A DNA stretch of 59,875 nt, counting the filler, from Globobulimina sp. (taxonomy: Eukaryota): the NCBI GenBank assembly GCA_003354225.1. It is 14 parts of 14 records of this genome, joined end to end, with 100 filler letters (N's around TTAATTAATTAA, not from the genome) between each part and the next. Parts side by side here need not be neighbours in the genome. Positions count along the whole stretch, not along the records: positions 1 to 4,189 come from PIVH01001498.1; positions 4,290 to 8,477 come from PIVH01001499.1; positions 8,578 to 12,765 come from PIVH01001500.1; 11 more parts are not named here. One strand, 5' to 3'. This document shows, in pieces, positions 1 to 12,865 of this stretch. Within the stretch, counting starts at the first letter, position 1, and every line of letters starts with the position of its first letter. The translations under genes and the position numbers were made by a program. The notes under the pieces are model-generated. The model did not search any database. It saw only the letters and a list, made by a program, of their open reading frames with translations, and was not told the DNA's origin.

Positions 1-96
1 CTGCATGGTACAGCTAACATGAAATAAAATAAAAATGCAGTAAAATGATAACATAATTTAGATAATCTGCTTATTACTATTTTACTACATATTTTA
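1..96 (+). repeat. Exact direct repeat of 3668-3763
   Basis: ctgcatggtacagc...actacatatttta is identical at both places; the copies then diverge (ctac vs ttcc). Confidence 0.95.
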
Positions 97-470
97 CTAC
101 GGTGTAAGGAATGCAGCAATATTTGCCGCTCACAATAAGCGGGAAACAAAAGAAAGATCAATACCAAAGCTTAAGGCACCATTGAATAATTCACATAAAC
201 TTTAATCTTATTAATAAGTACCATATTGGAAACGCATTCTAATAAAGATATTTTCAAAAACGTTTCGCAATGTGGTACTGGTACAATTACGTACAGATTT
301 TGTGAATTATTCAATTGTGAATTTGTGATCTTAAGCAGGCAAACAAAGGAATTGCAACGACCTCAATTTATGGTCATGAGGCTTTTTATTCGCAATCAGG
401 GTTTGGGGGAAATGACTTTGATTTAAATGATATCGATTCTGATAATGATATTGGAGATATAGCGCCTGGT

Positions 471-959
471 TTGGAATATTATCAAGAACAAAATAGCATT
501 AATAAATTAGCAAGTTCAGAAATTGAGGCATCGAATTATGACGAGATTTTAATGAGTTTTGACAGGTTCAAAAAATATGACCATGAAAATAAACAAAGTA
601 TCAATTCAGCTGCGACAAGAAAGACAATTCCAAGGCCTCGTTATGGAACGAAAGTTGGTATTAATGGAATTAGATACAAATCACTGAAATCAGTCAGAAC
701 TAATAAAGTAAAAAAAAATACGCATTTGGTAGCACTGGAAATGAAGACAGTTGCGTCAGCTTCTGTAGATTCTACAGACTGTATAATTGGAAATGAAAGT
801 ATTGATGATTTGGTGATGGAGGATGCTATAAACAATATCGAACAAAATATAAAAGATAATGATAGCAAAGAAAATAAGAAAGAATCAAATGTAAATATAG
901 ATATAAACATAAATGAAAGTAATACTGCAATTCACAACAGTAATGAAAATAGCACATGA
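471..959 (+). CDS. Hypothetical low-complexity protein, probably the 3' part of a gene
   Basis: 162-codon Asn/Glu-rich ORF with a non-ATG start and no recognisable domain. Confidence 0.45.
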   Translation: MEYYQEQNSINKLASSEIEASNYDEILMSFDRFKKYDHENKQSINSAATRKTIPRPRYGTKVGINGIRYKSLKSVRTNKVKKNTHLVALEMKTVASASVDSTDCIIGNESIDDLVMEDAINNIEQNIKDNDSKENKKESNVNIDININESNTAIHNSNENST

Positions 960-1129
960 TTTTTTAAATAATTTGTGTTTGTATAGAATTGTCCACTGAT
1001 CATAATTATTAGTTTCATTGCGTTCAGAAATAATAAATGATACTACATCATAAAACCGTGTAAATAGAAGAAAGCAAAGGATTCAAAAAAACACAAGTAG
1101 AACTGTGAAAAAAACATCTTGTCATCACC

Positions 1130-1812
1130 ATGCAAAAAAGGCTAAAAAGCATTCCACAGCCAGTAGACAAATTGGTTAATGGTTATATCAGAGAATGTGA
1201 GCAGTTATTACCTAAAGATGGTAATCCATATTATAATATTCCTGCATGTGTTACTAATATATGTTTATCGCATTATTATATTCACGAAACATGGGATAAA
1301 AACTATCATGGCGAGACTTTCGAAATTATAGAAGAAGAAGATATTTGTATCAAAAGTGGTGCATGTTGGGAGAGCATATATTTATCAAATGTAATAAGTG
1401 AAGGTAAACATCATTGGAAATTTAAAATAATTGATATGGATACAGACGCAACGTATTCAAGACCTGAAATTGGAATATTTAAAATGAAGGAATGTAGAGA
1501 GCCATGCGTGCGTACATTTTTTTAAATGCAAAAGATGGCGGATATTCATTTGCTACAGCAACAGCACAATTAGCTGATCCAAACAGTGGCGAGTGCGGAT
1601 GGAAAGGTTATGGTTGTATTGCATCAAAAAATGATGTTATTGACATGTATCTGGATGTTGATAAATTAACATTAAGTTTTGCTGTAAATGAAGAATATTT
1701 TGGAAACGCATTTGATAATATTGAACAATGTGAATATAAAGCAGCTGTTGCATTGTATTCAATGTGTCGATTGCAATTGGTTTCTTATGATAACATTATT
1801 GACAATGAATGA
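1130..1812 (+). CDS. SPRY/B30.2-like domain protein, frameshifted in a T7 run at about 1517-1523
   Basis: LVNGYIR...YYNIP N-terminus, HHWKFKI, DVIDMYLD..LTLSFAVN..YFG, YKAAV. One extra T joins ORFs 1130-1525 and 1504-1812. Confidence 0.8.
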
Positions 1813-2038
1813 CACTGAACATACATCCTTTCGCTTGCTAAAGTTTTTGAAGAAAAAAAAATTGAAATTAATCCCAAAAAAAAATTTGAAATGACAAATT
1901 AAAATAAAATAAATATATATAAACAACTTTTTTAACAATATATAATTATGTACTCAGTGATTACAGGAAAAAATGATAGAAAAAAAAAACAGCTAACAAT
2001 GTGGGACAACTGTCCACAAATAAAAGAATTAAAATGCC

Positions 2039-3071
2039 TCAAATTGATTTTGTTCTATTTTGCTGTTGCATTTGAAATAAGAATTGTTGTTTTTCATATT
2101 TTAATTTTTGAATAGTTTGCATAATTTTAATTTTATGCGGTATTGGATCGATCCCAAAAACTGCTAAATCAGTAATTGTAACATGTTGGACTAGATCTAA
2201 AGTATCAATTCCATTTTCTATAAAAACATCCTCATATTGCGGTAATCCACATTCATTTTGCACCCATTTCCGTAATCCATCGCTATTGCTTTTTCTGTTG
2301 GGTTTTTTAATTGGTTTCCGCATAAATTTATTCATCTCTTTTTTAATTAATTTGATGTCATCCATAATATCCTCCACATTCATGTCTTGCTTTACATCTT
2401 CGATCATGGCGGATTTGATTGAATGTATCTCTTTTGATAAATTATTTATTTTACATTCTAATTCTTTGAATTTATCGTTAAATAAATCGGTTATTTTATC
2501 TTGGATTTTATTATAAATATACTCTTCAATGCAGGTCGATTCTGGCAATGTTTGTGCTAATTCACTGCCATATGATTCAATCATTGATGAAAAATAATTG
2601 TTATTTGATATAAATTCATGCTGTAATAATGGGAAATGTTTTGAATGTAAAAATTTTTTAATGTTTGTAAATGCAGATGATATCACAAATTGTTTTAATT
2701 TTGAGATTAATGCATTTTCCTCTTCTGGATATTTCTCCTGTTTTGGTTGGTTTTGTGTATACATATATAATATAATAATATATTGACATAAACACCCAAC
2801 TTTTCCGTAAATAATGACTAAAAATAATAAGATATCATCCATTTGCTGAGGTGATTTAGTTTGTGATTGCGAAACATTTCGTGTCCATATGGTTTGTCTT
2901 CGCGTAGTTGATAAATTTCGGACACACTCTGCGAAATCGAGTACTACATTAATATCTGTTAAATCTATCACAGGTTCATCATTCTGAATAAATGTTTTTG
3001 TGTTATAATTAATCATCAAACTAATTATAATCGAGTTGTACCTGTAATTCGCTTATTGTTGAGAGTGACAT
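2039..3071 (-). CDS. Coiled-coil protein with C-terminal SAM domain (spliced)
   Basis: C-terminal LRKWVQNECGLPQYEDVFIENGIDTLDLV...HKIKIM fits SAM. Likely GT-AG introns at about 2984-3041 and 2738-2800 (in-frame). Confidence 0.75.
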
Positions 3072-3318
3072 CACTGACAGGACTGAAGAAGTTTTTAGCA
3101 CACAACTGAAACAAACCAAAGTGTTCAGCACCAAAACAAGGAGACGTATACAAGAAGTGATATAAATGATAGATTTATGGCCTTTGACAAATTGATCGAG
3201 TTCGAAAGAGGACAGCAAAATGATATTCGATCTTATTTAATAGATTGGACATTCCACACAATAGTCAAGCAATCAAACAATATCCTATAAAGAATTAAAT
3301 AAATTGACAAAAAAATGA

Positions 3319-4038
3319 TTAAGTGAGGTGAAATTTATCAATAATTTTAACTTTTCTAAAATCATATTTTTTATCCATATTATATTTATAATTAGATTTG
3401 TAATATGGAATCCATTTTGATGGATATTTCCATAAATATGATGCTTTGTTTTGTTCATTTTTATTGTCTCCACTCCATTTAATATCTTTTTTCCATCTCG
3501 ATGGTACATTATCAATTCCAATCACATAACAAATCAAATGGCCACTACCATTTAAATGAAATCGCAAGAAATTCTTATATGTTTCGATTCGCAATGAACT
3601 AAATCCTTCATCAAATTTACCAAAGAAATTTAATGAAATAAATAAATACATTCCAACCATAGATGCGCTGCATGGTACAGCTAACATGAAATAAAATAAA
3701 AATGCAGTAAAATGATAACATAATTTAGATAATCTGCTTATTACTATTTTACTACATATTTTATTCCGTAATAACAAGTGGAATCCTGCAATATCAATGA
3801 AGTTAAATATTACTTCCACACAACCAATAATTATACCATATCCACCAAAATAATTAGTGTCAATATAGTTTATCCGCTTATAACTTAATTGAAAATGGAT
3901 TTTAAATGTTTCAAATGTAGTAACCTCACCAAACCCGGAATGCAATTCCTTTATACCGACTACTAAACATTCAGCACATATAAATATAAATAATGCTGCA
4001 ATATAATGAGCAGATACATGCAATAATGCAATTACCAT
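3319..4038 (-). CDS. C-terminal part of a calcineurin-like metallophosphoesterase-associated membrane protein (5' partial)
   Basis: TM segments followed by EGFSSLRIETYKNFLRFHL..G.L.CYVIGIDNVP.RW, a motif I recall from that family. Confidence 0.6.
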   Translation of the reverse strand: MVIALLHVSAHYIAALFIFICAECLVVGIKELHSGFGEVTTFETFKIHFQLSYKRINYIDTNYFGGYGIIIGCVEVIFNFIDIAGFHLLLRNKICSKIVISRLSKLCYHFTAFLFYFMLAVPCSASMVGMYLFISLNFFGKFDEGFSSLRIETYKNFLRFHLNGSGHLICYVIGIDNVPSRWKKDIKWSGDNKNEQNKASYLWKYPSKWIPYYKSNYKYNMDKKYDFRKVKIIDKFHLT

Positions 4039-4189
4039 TTTTTTCTGAAGACAAACATCAATTTTAGCTGAACCTTTTTTAATAAATGATTCAATTCAAA
4101 TATATTTTGAAAAACTAGCTAAAATCAATGCAGAAATATAATATGATACCTTCAACGATTTAATAAATTTGTCAGTAAATAAATAGCAA

Positions 4190-4289
4190 NNNNNNNNNNN
4201 NNNNNNNNNNNNNNNNNNNNNNNNNNNNNNNNNTTAATTAATTAANNNNNNNNNNNNNNNNNNNNNNNNNNNNNNNNNNNNNNNNNNNN
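4190..4289. other. Artificial contig spacer N44-TTAATTAATTAA-N44. It recurs at 8478, 12766, 17054, 21342, 25629, 29912, 34195, 38476, 42757, 47038, 51318 and 55597.
   Basis: Identical 100-nt N-padded linker with stops in all six frames. Contig lengths decrease from 4189 to 4179. Confidence 0.99.
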
Positions 4290-5258
4290 GTCGAGTGCAC
4301 GTGCTCAAATTCATTATTTTCATTATTTGAACTTGAACAACTTCCAGTTTCGAATTCGACGGTGGATATGGTTGTAGCTGAGGTTGCATTCGTCAGTTTG
4401 CTCTGTATATATATATTTTTATTATTTTAATTATAACCAATGGCAATTTAAGAATATATATGTTTGTAATTGTTGTGAATTCTGTGTGTGAGTATTTGAG
4501 AGACGCATTGATGGCCCGGTTATGGAATATTCACTGATTTCACTCGCAAGTGATGGTGGAACCGGATGCCTCATCGATGTTGCATTCGAATTCAGCAATT
4601 TGCTCTGTTTTGGTTTTGGTTTTGGTTTTGTTTTTCTTGTTATTTAAATAAAAACATACATTTTTGCAATTGCGTGATAATGCTGATATAGAGTGATTTG
4701 ATATCGATTGGTATGATTCGTTTGATTTTGCTGATATATTTTTTGTATATAATACAGTACGGTATACAATAATAAATAATTAATTATAAACCTGAAGAAA
4801 GATAAAGTTGTCTGTCAATCTTCAATCGCGTTAATTTGTTTTTTTTTCTTTTTAACATTGCCTCCAATGTTTGAATATATTTTATCTTTTTCTCAAATAA
4901 ATGATATAAATATTTTGTGTGAGTGAATAAATTCGTGATGGATAGTTTTTGAATAACATTTGTCATTTTTGTATGAAATCCGTGACCTTTCGGTGCTGAG
5001 AAATACGTAAAGTTATCAATTGTTCCATTGTGACCGTTCGGAATTGATTCAAGTAGCTCAATACCAACATAATCTGACATCAAATCCATATCAACCATTG
5101 GACCAACATACTGAGATGTGTAATGTGCATAATTTGTTCGATCGATTTACAAACAGAATTATTAAAAGTATTTTTTTAACTTTTACAAGTCCAATTCCTT
5201 CATTACTATCGTTCGTTTGGACTAATATAACATCACCTTTCCTGAGACGGACAGGCAT
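4290..5258 (-). CDS. CAP-Gly domain protein (multi-exon, 3' partial)
   Basis: ATG at 5258. Removing intron 5111-5180 gives GIGLVK|YVGPM...YVGIEL..PNGHNGTIDNFTYF, a CAP-Gly signature. Confidence 0.8.
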
Positions 5259-5331
5259 TCTGATAGTAAATTAGTACTCGACTAGTAGACAACTACAGTT
5301 TAGCTCAAAAACTACTGAAAAAGATATAACA

Positions 5332-5932
5332 ATGCAAACTTTTGAAGGAATATATGCTGGCAAAAGTCACGTGGCGAATGCTAAACTTGAGGATAACCAC
5401 GCAACTGCAACATATTTAGAACGTAATTGGAATTGGATGAAAGAAGGGGATAAAAAAAGAGTATTTGAATATTCAACGAGATACATTAATAAATTGTTGA
5501 CAAATTATAATATTAACATGCATATCATTATGTGGCATTGTTATTGAATATTGTGATGTAATTGGTTACCATTGCAATAAATTACATGTATTTAGAGGGG
5601 CGGAGGGCTGTGTAACTCCAATTGAAGGATTATTCCCAAATATACCGAAAGGAAAATACATTGTAATTGTTTGTGGGATGATTCACAATTGGTATTATTG
5701 GAAAAAAGTTCACTTTGAATTAAATATTATGAATAATAAAAATGATAAAAATTACCTTCCAAAAACATATGAATGGGATGAAACAAATTGTGTTTTAAAG
5801 GAATATAAACGATACAGTCTCGGTGAATTTCTTCAGAAAGAACAAGATACAGTAAATATATCGTTAATATGTTATGATCATGTTAGATTACATAAAAAAG
5901 TTGTTAGTTATGAGTTATATCCTATATTTTGA
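5332..5932 (+). CDS. Hypothetical spliced protein
   Basis: ORFs 5332-5547 and 5678-5932. The second frame extends back to an AG acceptor at about 5596. Confidence 0.45.
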
Positions 5933-5953
5933 TATTGATATTGATATTGAATG

Positions 5954-6341
5954 TTATTTATGAATTGTGTCAGATGCAGCGCCTTCATTCAATATCCGAT
6001 ACGGTGTGGCAGCGTTTTTTTTAATCAGCCATCGACTGAAAATAAATGAACTTCTTATCCTACAATGCTGCGATAAAAATATGTCCACACTAAATAACAA
6101 TAAAAGTGCCGTTAAAAACATGATGAAGGCCCTTTCTGTTTCATTTGATAAACCTTGAATTAATTCAAAATATGCACTAGATTGAGCCATGATGTATATC
6201 AACATTGTAAACCCCATCATTAATGCCGCAAATACAACAAACAGCACTCCAATTTATTTCGAAAAATATTGCAAAACCGTATTCTTGAACAACAACGAAA
6301 GAATATACAGTTGAATTCTGTCGCTTTGTCTCGACTGCCAT
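5954..6341 (-). CDS. Small membrane protein, apparently frameshifted near 6255
   Basis: Two overlapping hydrophobic ORFs in different frames. Confidence 0.4.
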
Positions 6342-6411
6342 TAAGTTGACACTTTTATGCAATCTTCAAAAACAAAAAAAAACAACGCAAAATAAGAGGT
6401 GATTAATTTAC

Positions 6412-8477
6412 TTATAAGATGAACGGTTTTGGATGGCAACATTTTTCTGGTGCAATATCACCATATATTTGATTGCAGTATAATCGAATATTCCCGTTTT
6501 GTCCATCATTATTAACATTTGGTTGTCCTTTACCACCAATTGCTTGTATTCTGGTATTATTCCCTAATATTTGTAATTCATTACAATCGATTAATATGTT
6601 GCCAGCTGCACCGCCGCCACCACAATTTGTTCCATTCTCGCCATTTACAGATATTATACAGTCATTTAGTTGACATTTGGGCGCCATCAAATTAATAATC
6701 CCGCCACCATTTCCACCAGATTTTAATTGCGGTATTTCATATTTGAATTGATTATATTTTATCATTCCATACATCTCAAAGCCACAACAATGTAATTCTG
6801 ATAACATTGAATTATTTTCAATTTTAAAATATCGATAAAATGCATTATGAGCATTAGCAATATCAACATGAAAGGAAGCCGTCTCACTTATTCTTTCATT
6901 AATATGTTGTCTGAGTATTTTCCAATTTATTCCATTATGCGATGCTTTAAGTGTCCAACAATGATCGTCTTTATCTGTATCCATTCGCAATGTATATTTA
7001 TTTGCTAAAATATTAATTTCTCGAAAATCAATAATAAAATAATCTAAAAAATAACATTGCTTTTCTACTTTTTCTCTGCCGACAATATCATCCACTGACC
7101 CTTTCTCTGATTGTTTGCCTCGATATACTTTAACGGCCAATGACTGCGATGGATTACACCATATATTATTGCCATAATTGCATCCAATCCAATATAAAAT
7201 ACCATTTCTATCAAAATCATATTTATATTTAAATTCTTTTTTTTCTATTTCATAATTATAATTATAATAATTCTGTGTTAATATTACATTTCCATAAAAT
7301 TCAATGCCTGAACAACATAGAATATATCCATTGTTTTGCATATTTTCAAAAACTCCTTCTAAGTTTAAAATATTCCATGTTTTCTCTTTCTTTTTCTTAT
7401 TTTGCTTGTTTTTATCGCAAATAAAACTATTTTCGCCAGTCATTCGTATACGAAAATATTGATAAAACTCATTATTTTTATGATCATCATTATCGATATC
7501 AATTTTAAATATAGCAACGCCATCGGACTCATTTATGCTATGATCATTATTGTGTTGCGATAAAATATTCCATGTTCTATCATTAATATTTTTAGATTCT
7601 AAGACCCAGTTTCTCAAAAAATGTGAATTAACATTGACATGATGCAATCTATAATGCGTTAACTGTATTTTACAAAATTTTAAATCAATTGCAAACCAAA
7701 TATCTGATTTACCAGAAATAAAATAACAATTATTGTTGCTATTATTATCATTATGGTTATTTAATATATTTTGTATTTTATTGGATCTCGTTCCGATTCC
7801 GCCACAAAATAAATCAACAAATCCGGTTTCAAATGGATTCTTATATTGTTTACTTGTTCCAAAATTGCAACCTAAATAATGAAATAATCCATGGCCATTA
7901 CAGTCAGTGTCAGTGTCAGTGTCATATTTTATATTAATTATATCATCATTATTATAATTATTTATATAGCCGCCATCTCCGCCGCAACCAAATATTATTT
8001 CACTTCTATTTAAATATTGGGAACAATAACAATCACCGCCTGCGCCATATTTATTATTATTATTATTGTTAAATGTACAATTTCTCCCTTTTAATCCTCG
8101 ATAATCTGCAATAATGCCGGCATTGGCTCCAATATCGATCAAATTGTTACATTTTATATTAAAATACGACGTGTATAGTTTGGCATTTTCATGCAATATT
8201 AAATTATCACAAATTAATAATTTATTTTCAATATCGTTTGCATGCAAATTATCATTTATTTCGAATTCATTTATAGAAACAATTTGATTTTCACTTAATT
8301 CCATATCAATTTCTGTAGAAATATGTATAGTTCGTACACTTGATTCAATTGTATAAATATTATTATCTCCATTCTCTTGTTGATATTCACAACTTATTTT
8401 ATAATATAACATGATCATTGGATATATATTATTTTTATTTTCATTCTGTTTTTCTTTTCTTCGAAGTAATATGTTAT
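6412..8477 (-). CDS. Protein with two discoidin/F5-8C-like (HECTD1 Sad1/UNC-like) domains within glycine-rich GGxGG repeats (5' partial)
   Basis: GLFHYLG/DFDRNGILYWIG..W.NP, WFAIDL..I.LTHY.L.H..LRNWVLE, YQYFRIRMTG, CCGFEMYG. The frame is open to the contig edge. Confidence 0.7.
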
Positions 8478-8577
8478 NNNNNNNNNNNNNNNNNNNNNNN
8501 NNNNNNNNNNNNNNNNNNNNNTTAATTAATTAANNNNNNNNNNNNNNNNNNNNNNNNNNNNNNNNNNNNNNNNNNNN

Positions 8578-8742
8578 TTGTTTAATACAAATAAAATTAA
8601 AAGTGATGCTCAGAGGATTGTTTTTGATGAATACAAATAAGTCAAAATAATCTGATTTTTTCTGATGAATATAAACAAATCAAAATATAATCTGATCTAA
8701 TGCTCACAGGATTGTTTCTGATGAATACAAATAAGTTAAAAG
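8578..8742. repeat. Degenerate tandem repeat (37-nt units at 8606-8642 and 8700-8736 with 2 mismatches, plus shorter aatacaaataa copies)
   Basis: ATGCTCA(G/C)AGGATTGTTT(T/C)TGATGAATACAAATAAGT occurs twice. Confidence 0.75.
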
Positions 8743-8887
8743 TTTTTTTCTGTACTTTGACTAGTCATTATGGATGATGTTTTATTCAAGAAATTCGGAC
8801 ATCTCGCGGGGGTTCAGAATGGGGGCTGCATAGCTCCCCTCGATATAATTACAAACAAAGTTACAATCAACCAAAAAAAAGGTGAAA

Positions 8888-11800
8888 TCACCAAGACCAC
8901 AAATCGTCGAACATTCCCTTATTTTTCAATTGATCAAGTTCAATTTGTTGTGATTTGATGGCTTTCCGTAATTCCTCCATTTCCTTATTTGTAGCATCCA
9001 TAGTATTTATTTTCGCATTCATGCCACATTCCAATAACTGCAAAATCCCTTGCTTTTCCTCTTCCAATCTCTCAATATTATCTTTATATTGCTTTGCGTC
9101 TTCATTCCATTTTCTTTTATTCTCTGCAATGTTTTGTGCCAAATCGCTTAATTGTTGCCTTATTTCATCATTCTTTCTCTTCAGAATATTTATGTGCGAT
9201 TCTCGAATATGTTTATTTTCTTCATTACTCTCCAATACATGGACAATATCATTCATTCTCTGAATGCTAACTCTTCTCTCTTCCTCTGCTGCTTTATGTT
9301 CCTGCTCCATTTTGTCATTCAATTTCATTAATTCCTCCTCAAAATCTCTGTTCTCGCTCCTTTAATGTATTGACAACAAATGATAGCTATCATTATCACA
9401 TATGTTTGCACCTAATTTTATATGTTTGTGTTTCTGAATATTGCATTCTCAACAAACATATGTGAGAATCATCGCTATTAAACAAATATGTTACTACCTT
9501 AGGGACATAATGACTCCTTTGGATTTTTCTAATTTCTCATTTTCATCTTTGATCTCATTATGCAACTCAATAATATTGCACTCCAACTGCTCAATTCTAT
9601 TCGTATTCCGATAGCTCAGATCAGCGCTCGACTTCCGCGCATGCTTCAAATCTCCACTTAAAACATCAGTTTCCTGCTGCCACTTTGCTAACTTTTCCAA
9701 TGTCTCAAAATGAGCATTTTTTTCCTGTTTCAACTGTTCCGCTTTCACACTCAAATCCTGCTGCAACTGCGCTGCAGTCAAATTCAATGAATTCACCATA
9801 TCCATGTTCAAAGATAAAGCATCCGGTCTCATCTCGTCTTCTTCTGACAATTTCTTTAATTCCTCATATTCCACAATTTGCTGTTGCAGCTCTTCCAAAA
9901 CGTTTTCCCTCTCTTTCTTCTCAATAATGGCGCGTCTCTCGTCCTTTTCAAACCGTTTCCTGTCGTGCTCGTGTTTGGCTTTTAATTTCTCATATTCCCC
10001 TTTGAAATCATGCACAATATCCTCCAATTCTTGTTTCTTTTGCTCCAATGTTTCCAGATCCTGTTCCGACAAAGCAACGGGCAATGCACTCAAAAGCAAA
10101 CATTATATATAAAGCACTGAGCACTCAACATTTCGTATTGACTCGTTGTTGGTGGCAGCATTCGACGCTTCTTCCTGTCGACACAAACAATAATATTAAA
10201 ATATGCAAATCAAAGCCTTCCAACGCAAAAACACTTAACCTTTGGCGGCACTTCTTGGCCCAGCAACATTTCCATATTTCCAATCTGTTCATTCAACGCT
10301 TCTTTCTGTCGCACACAAATACAAACCGTACAAATCTGTCGCAGCAAAAAAACAAACACACAAAACTTCAGTATGAGCATTTTCGAGCATACTTTCCATT
10401 TCTTCCACGTGGTGCAATAAGTTGCCATTTTGTGCCAGCACTTCATTCATTTTATTTTGAAACTCGTCTCTTTCCATCATAACAATTTGTAATTCGTTTT
10501 CCTTTTCTTCCAATTCTTTGTTTAATGTTTCAATGTCAACCACGTCATCTTCCTCTTCCTCATCATCAGTAACTTCTACCTCAACTTCTTCGTATTCATA
10601 TTCGTATTCTTGTTCTTCTAATTGTTGTTTTAATAAATTATTATTGGACTCTCCCATCATACTTAAATCCAATAGTTTTTGTACCGATTCCTGCTCAGCT
10701 TCCTCAAAAAAGGACATTTTTTGTTTTAAGTGGCCTAGTTCTGTTTGTAACTGACCTATCATTTCTTTATCGTGCTCAGTTTGATTGAAACTTAGTTCGT
10801 TTTCAAATGATTCATCGTCTTCGGGTAAAGGAGTGCCCGTTGGTCCGCCGCCAAATGGTGATTCATCATATGACGGATCTCCGTCATTCAAAACGCCTAC
10901 ATCTGTTTATAATGTTTTTATATATATATATTTGCTTTCGAATTAAACTGAAAATCAAATGTTTACCGGACATGAATACTTGTTTTAAGCCTTGTTAATG
11001 CCCATTTTTTGTCACTTTTGGTTTGGATTAATGACGTTTTCTGTTCCTCCAACTCCTCGTTCTTCGAAGTCAACGATTCAATCATTGTTTGTTGATTTTC
11101 TATCTTTTCAACATATGTTTTTTCTTTGTGTTGATACTCCACAATCAATGAATCGGTATTTGCTGAACTCTGTGCTGATATTTTATCCATTTGTGATTGT
11201 TTTGATTGTTGTAACTGAATGTAATTATTTTGCTGCTCAGTCAATGCATTGGATAACCGTTGCATTTCAAGCTCGGATGTTTTTAATTTTGCCTCCAAAT
11301 TAGTTATATTTGTTGCTTGTGTCTTATATGCATCCAATTGGATCAATAATTGTTGCTTTTCTTGTGTTAATCGATTTGTTTCTTGTTGTAAAAAATTGTT
11401 ATCATCGTTGTTTACAATTTTACCATTAATCTGAGCTTGAAATGGCTCATTGTTATCATTGTTATCATTATTAATATCGTCGAAATTCAATTCATTTTGA
11501 AATTGGCTAATATTCATAGCTTGCAATTCCTGTATTTGTTGGTGATATAAATCTTTCTCTTCCTGCAATACCATGATCTGAGTGACATATTTTTCATTTT
11601 CCATCTTTAAATTTTCAGTTTGTTGTCTGTATGAATCCATGGCTGATATTTCTTGCTGTAATGCACTGATTTGTTGCTTTTGATCATCGTATTTCTGTGC
11701 AAAGGATTCTTTTTCTTTATATAATTCGTCATTTTGCTTTGCTAATATTTGGAATTCGAGAGCTGCGTTTTTGGCGAGTAACTCTATATTAATATTATTT

Positions 11801-12051
11801 GTATCTAATAGTTGATCCACTGCTGAACCCTTGTTACCATGACCTCGTTTTGGCTGTGGTTCATCCTCATCGTCATCGGTGATGGATACGGCCATGTGAT
11901 TCAGAGATTTGTTCGTTTGGCGAAATTGGATTAGTTTCATCATTGACAGTGCGGAACCAAAGAATTTTTCTCTATTTAAAGCAGCACCGGATGTAGAATC
12001 AGGAGGGAGGTCATCGTCTGAAAATGTTATGTCTTCTGTCGAAGCATCCAT
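8888..12051 (-). CDS. Long multi-exon coiled-coil protein
   Basis: Collinear E/Q/K-rich ORFs (10963-12117, 10289-10891, 9494-10099, 8888-9328) separated by GT-AG-bounded AT-rich gaps. The exon phase near 10985 suggests a 1-nt indel. Confidence 0.7.
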
Positions 12052-12160
12052 GATGTCACTAGGCTGAGACTGAGAGTTTTTTACTAAATTTTCATTAATG
12101 AATCCTTTCACAAACAAAATAATGATTTAATTTCACAAACACTCCAAACAATATGCTGTC

Positions 12161-12765
12161 TTAATTCAATTCTGTCATTTTAAACAAGTCATCTTCGCTG
12201 CTATGCTCTTCATCATTCAAAGTGTCGCCTTTTTGAATATAAAATTCTCCATAATTTGGATCATAATCAAATGTAGTTTTGACTCGAGCTCGTTTCGATG
12301 GATCCATTACTTTTTCAGCAACATCTAAAGTTTCTTTTGTAATTTGAACAGCCGTAATTGCAGTTCCTTTGAGCGCAGTTTTCGATCCGTTATAGGCATC
12401 TTTTACAATGTCCACACTTGCATAATATGCTTTGCCTAATTTAACATAATTAATCTCATCTGTTGTCACCTGGCAATAAGTCGCAAAATCCATTACAAAT
12501 TTCCTGCAGTTTTCTGCTAACTTTTTGTATGTTACATCTTTTGCAGTATAACCTTTTACAAAATTAATCAATTGCTGGTATGATTTATTTTGAATCACAT
12601 AATCTTGTTTACCGATATTATAACTGCTTTCGAGCCCCATTTTGCTACATTGTTCGACACGAATTCGTATTTTGTTTTGAGAACCGATGTCCAAATGAAA
12701 TTTATCAACGCTACACTCATTCTGCCAGTCACCCACTTTATAGACAATAGTAATCCAATGGATGC
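12161..12765 (-). CDS. Permuted papain-like (LRAT/PPPDE-type) domain protein (5' partial)
   Basis: The frame is open at the edge and gives IHWITIVYK (catalytic His) and later YKKLAENCRKFV (NC catalytic Cys motif). Confidence 0.55.
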
Positions 12766-12865
12766 NNNNNNNNNNNNNNNNNNNNNNNNNNNNNNNNNNN
12801 NNNNNNNNNTTAATTAATTAANNNNNNNNNNNNNNNNNNNNNNNNNNNNNNNNNNNNNNNNNNNN

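Noticed and set aside
8578-8742. CRISPR-like repeat-spacer pattern
   Set aside because: Only two imperfect units, the spacer contains sub-repeats, there are no cas genes and the context is eukaryotic.
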